A stretch of 62,608 nucleotides of DNA, counting the filler, from Rhabdomonas costata (Eukaryota), in NCBI GenBank assembly GCA_019059605.1. It is 34 parts of 34 records of this genome, joined end to end, with 100 filler letters (N's around TTAATTAATTAA, not from the genome) between each part and the next. Parts side by side here need not be neighbours in the genome. Positions count along the whole stretch, not along the records: positions 11,072 to 12,816 come from JAHMHO010009694.1; positions 12,917 to 14,657 come from JAHMHO010009695.1; positions 14,758 to 16,503 come from JAHMHO010009696.1; positions 16,604 to 18,348 come from JAHMHO010009697.1; positions 18,449 to 20,193 come from JAHMHO010009698.1; positions 20,294 to 22,038 come from JAHMHO010009699.1; positions 22,139 to 23,883 come from JAHMHO010009700.1; positions 23,984 to 25,728 come from JAHMHO010009701.1; 26 more parts are not named here. One strand, 5' to 3'. How positions within the stretch are numbered: position 1 is the stretch's first letter; each line of letters opens with the position of its first letter. The translations under genes and the position numbers were made by a program. Below, piece after piece: positions 12,333 to 24,111 of this stretch. Under the pieces are notes generated by a model that saw only the letters and a list, made by a program, of their open reading frames with translations, searched no databases and was not told where the DNA came from.

Positions 12333-13506
12333 GTCTTTTGCGCTTTCCGCCTCTTCCCTCTCCTTTTTCCCTGTTCTGTTCCCGAAACGCTATTTGGCCG
12401 GTGCTTGCACCCTCAGGCCGGACCCACCCGTTCCCGGGCGGCTCTTCCTTTTTAAATCTTGTGCCGCTTCTTTCCGCGGTTCAACGGAGGGTTTATTGAC
12501 GGCATCACAACTTGTGTAAAAAACCCACTCCCTTCCTCAAGCCACCATTTATCCCCGAGAAAGGGGGCCAGGTCAATGACTCTCGACCGCCTGATGCCCA
12601 CCGAAACGTAGCATTCATAACCAATTGGTTATAACTAGCCATTGAAACGTGCACACGCGGCGGTCCGATCCTACTGACGCTACTGACGCTACTGATCCTC
12701 CCATTCGCCAGCCCAAGAATTGCAGGTCGCGTGAGGCAACGAGGCGCTATCTAGAGCGGACGGCAAAGGGATTTTTCAAACCCTTCGAACCCCATTTTCG
12801 AAGGGTTTGAAAAACCNNNNNNNNNNNNNNNNNNNNNNNNNNNNNNNNNNNNNNNNNNNNTTAATTAATTAANNNNNNNNNNNNNNNNNNNNNNNNNNNN
12901 NNNNNNNNNNNNNNNNGGGTGGGGGGTGAGCAATGAGTATGGGAATTTCTATGCTTTGGCAACCATGTTCCTTCCTCCTTTTGAACATGCCTTTTTATCC
13001 TTTCCAATCTTCTTAACAAACGTTCAAAAAACCAGTCCCTCATTCCATCAACACCTGCTCGTCGCGCTGGTTGTACTTCCTCTTCCGCACAATCAGTGGA
13101 ACTTGGGAGTATTCTGAGATTGAGTTTCCACCGATTAATATGAGGACCCTTCGCCCCGCATGGCCCAGAAAAAAGTTGGGCGGGGCGTTGGGAAGGATGA
13201 AGATCATCACGGGCGGTGGCCTGGCTGATAAACATGCCCGCTAGCTCCTCTGCAGGCGCGGTGGGATGCATTTTAAAAAGACTTATTGAGGTTAAGCGGT
13301 GAGATACGGGACAATTCCGCATTGGTGGGGGCTTTCTTGGTATTCCTTACAGGCAGGATTGACAATTCCGATGCCACAACCGGAATGCTCGCAGCTGCAG
13401 CGAAGGTAGCAACGTATGTCACCAAAAAAAGAACTCCTTGTGAAAATGGAGAGTATGGACTCAGAAATAACGTGTAGCCCCCTCCCGCGCCCGCAACCAT
13501 GCATAC

Positions 13507-14407
13507 CCCGGCATTCTGGACGTCGATCAAGATGTTGGCGGGTTTGAGATCACGGTGAACCACGTTGCACTAAAAAAACAACGTGCCATTTTTCTTCATC
13601 ACAACCCCTGCTCACGGAAAGGCCCCCAAAGCCCGTCCCAGGCCCGTGAAAAAGAGTAAGCACCTCTTTAATACGGTCACGAAGTGGACCGTTCAGGAGG
13701 TGGAAATGCATCCAGTGCGAAGCACGCTCTGTCCGCCTCTTCACTTGGAAGCAGATTGTTCCAGAATAACTTGGGCCGCGGAGCGCAGCGGAGTAACATC
13801 GATATTAACACTCGCCCAACTATTATTTTGGAGCTCTCAGCCCTTTGGGAGGGATGGGGTTGTGGGCAGTCTTGCCTTGTGCATGAAGAGCAGGCCGTAG
13901 AGCAGCTGGTACATCATGGACTTCACCTGGTTCATCGAAAGCAAGGTGCCGTTGGCCATGAGCTTTCCCAAAATCTTGTTTTGCACAACGCGGAAGGTCC
14001 AGCAAACCATTATCACACATCGGCAATGCACATGCTATCCCAACAAACAAGCACTAACAAAGGCGCAAACCGTCACTGATCAAGTTTGTCTTCTGCACAA
14101 GCTACCTGCCTTCCTAGAATCAACGAATGGGCACCCCCCCCCCAAATTGCAACACCGGTGTCCGCGGCCTCCATGACGGCGAGGATGCAGTCTCGCTCGG
14201 GACTCATCGCGATGTCCAGCAAGGTGACGATGTTGGGGTGATTCCGGAAGTAACCCAGGAACGTCACCTCTCGCAGCGCCCGCCGCGCATAGAATGCTCG
14301 CTCCTGCGGGTTCTGTATACAGAGACCACCCGCATTACCAGACTCACTCCCCCAGCCCCATCTGCCAACCCACACAACTGTGCGGGCTCGCGGAGCGGAT
14401 CAAAGAC
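13507..14407 (-). CDS. MAP kinase (CMGC) fragment; exons 14407-14384, 14312-14156, 13974-13876 and 13569-13507
   Basis: VFDPLREP|NPQERAFYARRALREVTFLGYFRNHPNIVTLLDI...VMEAADT / LGKLM...NQVKSMMYQLLYGLLFMHK|CNVVHRDLKPANILID, with R.LRE, HPNIV and HRDLKP.N. One junction is out of frame by 1 nt (see findings). Confidence 0.88.
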
Positions 14408-16603
14408 CTCGGGAAGAAGACAGAATGCCAAGCGTGGGATGCGTTGAGTGCAAGTGAGTCCGCGTAATTGTCTCTGCAATGCTCATTTGGTCTCTTCTCA
14501 TAGGCTTTTTAACCCTGAGTATCCCACCACGACCTATTCAGGATACTGTATCTAGTCAGGTGCTGACGTTCGCACCCAACCGCCGAAGGCAGTGAGGAGC
14601 CTTCGCCCCGCACATTTTCATAGTTTTTGGGCAAACACGTTACTTTGTATTATAATTNNNNNNNNNNNNNNNNNNNNNNNNNNNNNNNNNNNNNNNNNNN
14701 NTTAATTAATTAANNNNNNNNNNNNNNNNNNNNNNNNNNNNNNNNNNNNNNNNNNNNGTTTTGTGTGTGTCACAATGTTCCTGATAACCGGCAAGTGGAT
14801 CTTTAGGTGTCTCTCAAAAATTGGATGCTATAACTGGAGGTTCAACGGCTGTATGAAGAACAATTTTGAGGTCACCATATGGGGTTGCTTCAGCCGGTCT
14901 TTGTGTGCGTCTTGGTCAGAGTAGTGGCTAAAAATGTGTCTTATTGGGGTTGTGGACATTTTAGATAATGGAGAAAGAAATTCGATCAGGCAGGTTGGAC
15001 AAAACTCTAAGCTCGGACGATAAAACGTCTGTTTGTGTCGAAGCGTCATTTACGATAAGAGCTAGTACAGAGTTCATCTTACAGATTGGTAAGCTTGACA
15101 CACAATTCAGTATGCTTGTGTGCTCGATGTGGTACAGACGGCTGTAACAACCTCAAAAATCAAAATGGCAACTCATCTGTCGTCATGTCCTCATTTTATT
15201 GCAAATGGTTCTATTCCAATCTTCTTATGGCACAACTAAAAAAGTGATTCTGGTCAAATGCTGTCGCAAGGTGGGTCTTCCGTTTTCATTACCATAGTGG
15301 CAACGGACAGCTTGAGGATGTTTTTGTGGAAACATCCTTGTGGTCCCCATATAGCAATATTGCCGAAGTAATACATTCTTGATCCATCCTGCGTTGTGAG
15401 CTAATTGCCACCTGCGGGGGACATCCGATATAACATCTTGATGGTGTATTACTTTCTCTTTATATCTTTATATTAATTTTTGGACAGTCCTTATTTTCCT
15501 CATAAACACCAATAACCCACTTGGAACTTTATCACGGACTCATCCCGTATAACCTTCTACCGTCGATAAACTGGTAGCACTGCATTTGCGTTCAAAATAT
15601 TATGTAGTCTTTTATAAGTTTCCCAACTTCTTATTTGGAGGGTTGAGAAGCTTCACACTTGTTTTTAAATTGAAATTATGAGATCGCGCAACTCCTATCT
15701 GATATGTATTTTTCCGTTCAACGCTATCTGCCCTACTAACTAAAACTGGAGACGCCTCTTTTGGAATCTCACGCCATCTTTACTGCGATATCAAACCACA
15801 ATTTCCCGTGTGCATCAAAGATGCCCTTTACTACAATGAGGCGATTACATTAGCTACTGCTTACTTTCTACTTACTCGCTCGAATCTGCGACCTTCAAAA
15901 CCTCTTGTACCACCGCTTCTTTGTCAATTTCTTGAACGCTGCCTCCCGGGTCTTGACAAGGCAACTGGCACGTCAGGTCATTTTTTAAGCCGCGCTGAAT
16001 CCAGATCACTTTTTGTCTTCAAGCAGCATTGTCATCATTTCGTAGTGTTTACCGGGTTCTCCGTAGATCCAATGGTCTTTTTAAATCATTGCAAGTGATC
16101 CCCCATTATACCAGGAGTTTGACACGTAGGGTGTAACGATCAGATGCCGCTAGGGCCCGGACTGGTACAATTGCATCGTATGATTATTCGTCGCCGCCAT
16201 TCGTTTGTTTCTTCTCTGAAAGCGCACAGGTATTTTTTTTAATGTTCATGTAAAGAAACACGTCAACCACTACAACAAAACGCGTGACAAAATTTGTGAA
16301 CATAACCACCGGAGCCTTTCACGGTCACTTTCTTTCTCAAAGGGGGCATGTGCAAATGCGACTTTTGTAAAAAAGTCACGGATAGTGTCCATAAGCTACT
16401 GGTGGTACTAGTGTCCATAAGCTGGGAAACTACTAAGAATTGCGTGGCATTATTAAACAACAACGGTTGCGCACGGGCAAGGTCAGAAATAATCCCAACA
16501 AAANNNNNNNNNNNNNNNNNNNNNNNNNNNNNNNNNNNNNNNNNNNNTTAATTAATTAANNNNNNNNNNNNNNNNNNNNNNNNNNNNNNNNNNNNNNNNN
16601 NNN

Positions 16604-17878
16604 GGGTGGGTGGGCTCGAGGAGGGCACAATATGGGGACATCAGCTCCTGGCCCAGCTCGGTGACGGACTGGCGGAAGGGCCCCCCGGCGTCGCCCGCTG
16701 CTTGGCCAGAGGTTTCCACCTGAAAAAAAGGTTGCATTGGATTGGAGGGAAGGGGTGATGATGGGATGCGATGGGATGGGTTCTGAGGTGATAATATAAG
16801 GGGGAAATGGTGCGTGCCCGTGACATCAAGCCATTTTGTCCCAGGAGCCCAGGAGGGCTATCGCTGTTATATGACCTCCCCCCTCCCCCTTCCCATTTCG
16901 GCCCCTGGGCCCCTGGGTGGTTGGAAAAACGCACAGTCCTCATGCCGGCCGCCGAGTTGGCGCAACGCACCGCCCGCATACCGGTTAGCGCACTGAAGAA
17001 CAAACAACACACACACACACGGACCCTCCAGAAGGCGTCGTTGGCGACCCCAAAGATAGAGTGAGGGCGGCGGTGGGCCCCGATCTGGGAGAAGATCTGC
17101 ACGAAGGTGCTGTACTTCCACGCCGTGAGGCCGCCGTAGCGGTCACGCGCCGAGGCCGCCTTGAAGCGGTTGATGTGCACCGTGGGCTTGTAGTGCGTCG
17201 TAGCCACGAGCTTCTCCAGTCTCTGCTTCACCACAGTGGTGGTGCTGACCTGCGCGCCGCGCGACCACCCACACAGGACTCAGGAAAACACTCGCCCAAG
17301 GGCCTGACCCGATATACAACCAGGGCTCATTGGGACAGGACAGGACTGGAGGCTGAAAACACTAACTCACCTATGGAAGCTCCCGCCCCCAGAGAGGTGC
17401 TGCAGCTGGTGGTAAAAGGGTGCCACACAAATACGTAATTGAGGGGTGGGACGATTCGCTCGTTCCTGTTCGACCCCTGACAGGGCGTCATCGCTGAAAT
17501 GTACACCATTGGCATTGCCAAACTTCCCAAACGGAGCAACTGTGCAACGGAAAAACCATTTGCCCATCGCTGTGCCAAGACGGGTGGGTTCTGTATAGGT
17601 GTGTTAATCTCCTCCCAAATGCATGACAGGGCTCTTGCGCCCTCCCTTGTTACGGTACGAAGTGCTTCACTCTTTCATGCCGATGGATGGATTCATGACC
17701 ACAGATGAGGGATGGCAGGGAGCAAGGCAAGCGTGCAAGCAGACCAGCTCCTTGAGAGGCGAGAAGGCCGTCAGCAGGGTGCTGTCCGTGGGGACGGAGC
17801 AGACCAAGCAGGGCAGCGCCAGTTCGGCCAGGCGCTGCAGCATGTGCAGGCGGTGAATCGGTAGGTGGAAGCTCGCCC
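16604..17878 (-). CDS. HERC-type HECT E3 ubiquitin ligase, start of the HECT N-lobe; exons 17878-17745, 17249-17025 and 16719-16604
   Basis: PTVHINRFKA...STFVQIFSQI...FWR|VETSGQAAGDAGGPFRQSVTELGQELMSPYCALLEPT parallels V.F.GE...DAGGPYRES...m..EL....lpll.PT of large HERCs; GT-AG introns, phase 0. Confidence 0.85.
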
Positions 17879-18468
17879 CTATAGGACCGAAAGAAGGAAA
17901 GGAAGAAACACACCCCCCCTGCCGCCCAATACACACTTCAGTTCTCGTTCTAGAGGACGATCAATGAGAGGGAGTGTCCCTCCGATACACAACCCGCTGA
18001 TGTATAACCGGCTGAAAGGCAAAATGAGCTTGTCTTCTATTCGTATCGGATTCGAGGAGAAAACTGAGACGAAAACTAATACGTCACGCATTGACAGACT
18101 CTGACAGTCTCTGAAAGCCATCGGTACCGCTGCCTGGCAACCATCCCGCAATATTCCGAAGCCAACGTACCCAAAGCTGTTCCTCCACCGCCTAATATTC
18201 GGCACCATTCCCATTGTATCATCAGATCCCCCACACACACCTCACTTGGTAAGGGTGACTTTCTGCGGAGGACTTTAGATCCCCACAACAGGTCATGGAC
18301 TCATCGGGCCTCACCCCACACTGACGGTGCACGGTACCTTGACAACTTNNNNNNNNNNNNNNNNNNNNNNNNNNNNNNNNNNNNNNNNNNNNTTAATTAA
18401 TTAANNNNNNNNNNNNNNNNNNNNNNNNNNNNNNNNNNNNNNNNNNNNGGCTCGCGCCGTCATAATAG

Positions 18469-18759
18469 GAGCCGGAGCTATGGGTGGTGTGCACGCAGTG
18501 CAGGCAAGTGGAGCCCGCACTGCATCTCAGTGTATCTTGTGGGGTGACTTCTTCTTCTTCTTCTTCTTCTTCTTGTTTCTGGATGTGGCTTCCCTGTTTG
18601 GTCGCAATGCATGCTGGGCTTTCTCTTTTTTTGTGCGCCAGCTTTGCCCTTCCCACCGCGGAGCACGTGATACCCGTGCAAGTTGTCACTCCGGCGCTGG
18701 TGCGGATGGCCCAGATGGTTTGGGCGGTCAAGGCCTCCTGGAGGTCCCATGGGGAGTAG
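18469..18759 (+). CDS. Probable last two exons of an unknown protein (18469-18503 and 18642-18759)
   Basis: tag|EPELWVVCTQCS|FALPTAEHVIPVQVVTPALVRMAQMVWAVKASWRSHGE* splices in frame through a GC-AG intron containing a (TTC)n tract; no family recognised. Confidence 0.4.
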   Translation, partial: EPELWVVCTQCRQVEPALHLSVSCGVTSSSSSSSSCFWMWLPCLVAMHAGLSLFLCASFALPTAEHVIPVQVVTPALVRMAQMVWAVKASWRSHGE

Positions 18760-20861
18760 GCAAGCTCTTACACATTATTAAAAAGATCGAGAAGTGCGGC
18801 GGCACCCCTATGGGAACGTTGTTTAGACCTGTGGTGCTCTCCTTTGTGGATGTGATATACGGACGTGGAAGAGCACATTTTGTAGAGCTGGGATTACGGT
18901 GTTGTGCACCCTAACCTGATAGACGTTTACAGTGTGACCCTGAGCCCCATTTTGTGCTCCTTCCTTAATGGCAAAACCGCATCCCTCAAAATTTCCGTGT
19001 GTGAAATCTGTGCGCCAATGGTATAGGTAAAATTTGCCGGTTCATTTCTGTGTTTTAGAACGGAGATGCGGAATAATGGGGGAATGGTGGGGTGCTACCT
19101 GTCGTGGGGAAACCAGCCTCAAACGCAGACGAGGACCTACATCGAAACAAGATGTGTTCATCCTCATTGCCGCGCCAAATAACCCTTCCCTGTAACCTTA
19201 TATACAAAACCCCGAAACATTTCTGGTCTCCATTCCATATGTCATGTTGACTTGTCTCTCAAGCTTCTGTTGGTAACCCTATGCCGGGGTGCGCGATAAT
19301 CAAGGTACAACGGGTCAACGGGTACACGGCAAAAGTCCACAAATGTCTCTTTTTCACCTTGCTGGTGGGGGGGCAACGCAAAAAACGAGGAGCCCATACC
19401 CTGTTCGTTCCAACGCCTTTGCCGCGTCTTCGTGGCCTTGGCGGCGGCAGACAATCTGCCCAGCTCCACGGGTGTCTCAATGGGTTGTCCTCTGCCTACG
19501 TGACCCGATCATCACCAAAAGCGGGGGCAACCCACTGAGCATTTCTTTGGCGACGCGCTTTTCCTGATTTTCTCTCGCCTCTCTAAAGGCTCGGTCTTTC
19601 GCCTGGCCATCCACCCTCCAGTTGAATTCAACCGCGGGCAATAATTTGAGCTCCGCGTGTGACGCGCGTTGGGCGCCATCGTCGCTTACCTTGCGGCACC
19701 TTTCCCTCAGCCTCCTTTTGCGGAGCTCAAAATTCAGGCTTTTCATCGGTGACCAGCCCGTCGTTTTGCTATCTGCCCCTTCTCGGGTCCGCATGCCGGG
19801 TGTGGTTTCTGCCGCCTTATTGTGGGCCACTCTGGTTCATGGGTTTGATTTCTCGCAGCCGCCTTCCGCCGCGCGTATCGGGTTCCTTCGCAATTCCTGC
19901 TTTCCATCGGTGATTGTGGTGTTTTCTTCGCGGCGCGGTGTCACGAACCGGCTTGGTAACCTGTTACCGGGATGGCCCCCGGAAGCCAGAAATCCAAAAC
20001 CGAAAAGATTGGACCGCTATTCGGCCCATACCCTTTTATGAAGTACCCCGCGCCGTTCCCACCGTACTCCGTTGGGCCGGAATCTTCCGCCCCTTGGCTT
20101 GACATTCCAAACCGACGGCTTTCTTGCTTTGGCCCCCTTTTCTTCCGCCCTCCTCATGTGCCGCCGGTTAATGAACGGCCTCATGCCTTTGGCNNNNNNN
20201 NNNNNNNNNNNNNNNNNNNNNNNNNNNNNNNNNNNNNTTAATTAATTAANNNNNNNNNNNNNNNNNNNNNNNNNNNNNNNNNNNNNNNNNNNNGTTGGTG
20301 TGTCGGCAGTCCTATTCGCTTTCGAAAGCGAATAGGACTGCCGACATACCTAACCATCTGAGACCTCTTGCTACTCTTGACGTCGGCAGGTAGAAATGCT
20401 ACAACCGCGCCGCTTTACAGATATCCTAGACTAGTTCGACGGACTTAAAGTATGTCTCGGATGTCTCGGGCGGCGCCCCCGAACATTCCGCGCAAAAGAA
20501 AGAGAGGGAAATTCAGGGGGATTAACAGGGGTAGTGCCCAGGGCAATGAATGCACTCTCAAGGGAAAAGACGAAAACGTCAGCCGCGAGAACAGTGGCAA
20601 TCTTTCCACACTGCGTGATGCGGGAGTCACACATGCTGCGACCGCATCTTCGAAGGATTGTACAAGATGAAAAGTTGAAAAGACTATTTGTTTAGGCGGT
20701 TCAGGGGAAAGGGCTGCTTTCCGGTGCTAAGCATATGGATCGGAACTAATGAGGAAGGAAGAACCAATCCGATGCCAGCGAGACGTCAGCGTAAGCTGTT
20801 ACAAAAAAATTGCGATTATTCCAAAGGTCGAAAATTCAAACGCCTCCTTGGTTGTGTACAA

Positions 20862-20998
20862 TCATGCCCAGCTCGAAGTGCACATCCCCGAGGACGGGCC
20901 AGTTGAGCTCCCAGTCTTGCACGTCAACGACGACCCGCACCACCCACAGCTGCTAGCCGCCGTGCATGACGAGCACGTGGTGAGGCTCGAGCACGGGT
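20862..20998 (-). CDS. Terminal exon encoding a PSI (plexin-semaphorin-integrin) Cys-rich domain
   Basis: acag|(D)PCSSLTTCSSCTAASSCGWCGSSLTCKTGSSTGPSSGMCTSSWA* has the C..h.tC..C.....CGWC....C PSI signature. This frame is absent from the ORF track. Confidence 0.8.
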
Positions 20999-22234
20999 CT
21001 GTTTTGGAAAAAGAAACGGCAATTTATGATTATTAGAGCCTTTCAGGACGAGAGGGAGGAAGGCTGAAGCATTGCAAATTGAGCTCTCAATGTTTGACGC
21101 ACGCACACAAACACCCCACATAATAGGCGACAGCACCCAGGCACCCAGAACTGGGGTTGATCAATCCACTGGATTGCTTCCCCACCACCACATGATGCAG
21201 AGGGCGCAGAAATTTTCTTCTTTGACCTCGGGCGGTGGTGAGTGTTTGTTCGCGTTTGTGCATGTTTCTGCGATGAAAAGACGGAAAAGAAATATGTACA
21301 TACACGTGAAGGAAAGAAAGAAAAGCAGCCCCTGACCTGAGACGCGCGCAGCCAAAAGCTCTAGCCTATAGCTCTGTTGTCAGACGTGGGGGGTGCCGGC
21401 TCACCAGACAACCGGCCAAGACCCTCCGCCTGCCCCACGTGTCCCAGGATTAAAAACACCACACCTCAACCCAGGGCGTTGCTGGTCAGGACACCAAGCC
21501 ACCAGCGGAAGGCATGCAACTCACCCAAACACACGCAGAGACGCAGAGGGGAGGACGACGGGCTGGAACTCGCGCTCCTGGTCCGAGGAGCAAAGGGGAT
21601 TCTGCTGAGGCAACCCAAAGCCCCGCACGTACATCACCACGCACTCACGAAGGGAGGGGGAGGGCAAACTCCGAGTAATATGTACACTCCGGCAAAGACA
21701 AAACGCCCCAACGTTTCATCCGACACCGCTCTCATCCAGACACCTCACGAGGGGCCCGACACACGAACCCGGAAAAACACAGAGCCAGCACCCCAGTGGT
21801 GAAACGGAAGGCGACCAGAGTGGCATCCACGCACACGGCGACGAGAGAAGAGATGACCCGAACGGGCACCATCCACAAAAAGATGGCAAAAGCAGTTTTC
21901 TTCTTTCACTCAGGGGCTGTTGTTCGCGTTTGTATGTTTATGCGAGGAAAAGACAAACAAAACAAAACACAAACACACACTCACTCACACTCACACACGT
22001 GAAGGAAGGGCAAGGCATAGGGCAACAACAACCACCCCNNNNNNNNNNNNNNNNNNNNNNNNNNNNNNNNNNNNNNNNNNNNTTAATTAATTAANNNNNN
22101 NNNNNNNNNNNNNNNNNNNNNNNNNNNNNNNNNNNNNNGGGTGGTTTTACGCCCCGTTTCCTGACTGGGCCCCTGAGTTCTGCCGTAGTTTTGTGGTTGC
22201 TGACTTGGTTGCTTGACTGGGTCCCTTCTTTCAG

Positions 22235-23574
22235 GAGAACGCACGGCTGAGCCAGAACCAGGTACTTCTGCAGCAAATGCCCTTCTCGCTGCGCACGGCA
22301 TGCCAGGAGGCGTTGGCGATGGTTCAGCACGTGGCGAACCGGAAGGGTGTGGGTCTGGGTCTGGAGTACCCGCCACAGCTGCCGCTGGTGGTGGGGGACC
22401 CCTCGCGGCTGAAGCAGGCCCTTCTGAAGTATGTGTGTGTTTGTCTGCGCGTGTGTGTCAAATAGACTAATAGGAGAGATATGCATTTTCTGCATCGATG
22501 GTACACTCTATTAGCAATAGGGATCAGATAGGCTTTATTTTTGGCTTGTTGCTGTGGTCGAGGTGGTTTGGATGCAATGGCAAGAATGAGCCCCTTCCGA
22601 CACGGATCAAAACCTTCCAAACCATCTCTCGGCCACTCTCAGCCTGCTCTCCAACTCCATCAAGTTCACCTCCAAGGGCGCCGTCAGCCTGAGGGTCGGC
22701 CTCCGCCTCTGCCCCGAGCCCAGTGCGCCGAACGCCTCCCTCGCGGAGCTGGCGCAGGTACGCCTGGAGGTGGTGGACACGGGGGTGGGTCTTAGCGCGG
22801 AGCAGGCGCAGGGCCTGTTCCGGCCCTTCGCGCAGGCCACGGCGGGGACCTACGGGCAGTACGGGGGCTCCGGGCTTGGGCTGGTGATCACGCGGCAGGT
22901 GGTTGCGCTGATGGGGGGCCGGGTGTACGTGGACGCGGTTCGTACGGCGCTAGGGGTGGGTTCGACGTTTGTGGTGGAGCTTTCGCTGCCCGCGGTTGGG
23001 CCGCTCCCGGAGGTCCCTGTTCCGATTCCCGAGCCTCCACATGTCCGCGCAAGCCATAGCAACCGCGCCCCCGGTTACTATTCGATATCTCAAGAGGAGC
23101 TTTTGAAGGCGGAGTTGATCGGGTCGATGCGGCACCGCTCAGCATCCAGCTCTGGGACGAGCCCAGATGAGGTCAGCCCTGAAGCACCTGATTCGGGCTC
23201 CACGGGGCGGGTCCAGTTCGAGCTCCCTATCCTTGAGGTGATGATGGGTCTTTCCCATCCTCCTGTGCCAGTCATGAGTCCCTCCAGCGGGAGATCCGCT
23301 CGCACACGGCTCCCCGTCCTCCCTGGAACTCTCCCGAGCCTTGACCTCAACTCCTTCGACATGGCCAGGAAGAACTCCGGTGGGTCCACGTCTGTGACGT
23401 CGTCCAGCTCCTCGCTGCGCACTCAGTCCACTGCGGCTCCCTCCCAAGCCCATCCCCAGGAGGACCGGCTCTCAGGCTTCTCCGTGCTTGTGGTAGACGA
23501 CAGCATGCTGAACCTCACCCTAACGGCGCGAGTGCTTCGGTCGATGGGGTTTCTCTCGATCTTCACAGCTTCAG
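22235..23574 (+). CDS. Hybrid sensor histidine kinase (HATPase_c plus receiver), exons 22235-22428 and 22643-23574, partial
   Basis: GDPSRLKQALLN|LLSNSIKFT (N box), EVVDTGVGL (G1), LFRPFAQ (F), YGGSGLGLVIT (G2), GVGSTF, then a Ser-rich linker and receiver start VLVVDDSMLNL; spliceosomal intron 22429-22642. Confidence 0.95.
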
Positions 23575-24111
23575 GCATGACAGTTTTTGACGGCATGATT
23601 CTCGCCGGACAATCGTTACCTACACCGCATTGATCAGTTCTCTGAGCGTCAATTTTCCCCAATGCGTTTTTAGCATGTTTATCACATTTTTCCCGCGTTT
23701 AAGAGAGTGAGAGGCATGACATGGTTTGTGCTGTTATTGTCACATTCTACTGAACATCTGCGCGCCCAGAGTATGGTTTTTGAACAGGATACTTAGGTTG
23801 GCAGGATGACACTTCCCACTCGTTTGTGTACACCCACATGTGGGCGGTTTAATTGCATTGGGACTGAATTTCATTGACCTACANNNNNNNNNNNNNNNNN
23901 NNNNNNNNNNNNNNNNNNNNNNNNNNNTTAATTAATTAANNNNNNNNNNNNNNNNNNNNNNNNNNNNNNNNNNNNNNNNNNNNGGGGGTTGGTAGGGTTT
24001 GGGGTTGATAAGCTCTTGTGCCCGCAACCCTACCAACCCCAAACCCTACCAACCTCAAACTCCAGACCGTATAAAATAGCATAAAGTTTTCGGCCGCCAC
24101 GTGCTTTGCAG

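Noticed and set aside
14758-16503. AT-rich contig with a possible THAP-like remnant (CHAFCC...W...RLKK*PDVP) on the minus strand
   Set aside because: Too many stops and frameshifts to support by eye; probably a decayed transposon and needs an HMM search.
18449-18503. Rossmann-like ARAVIIGAGAMGGVHA in one frame
   Set aside because: Its in-phase continuation into the next exon is not protein-like, and another frame splices with better codon bias; left unresolved.
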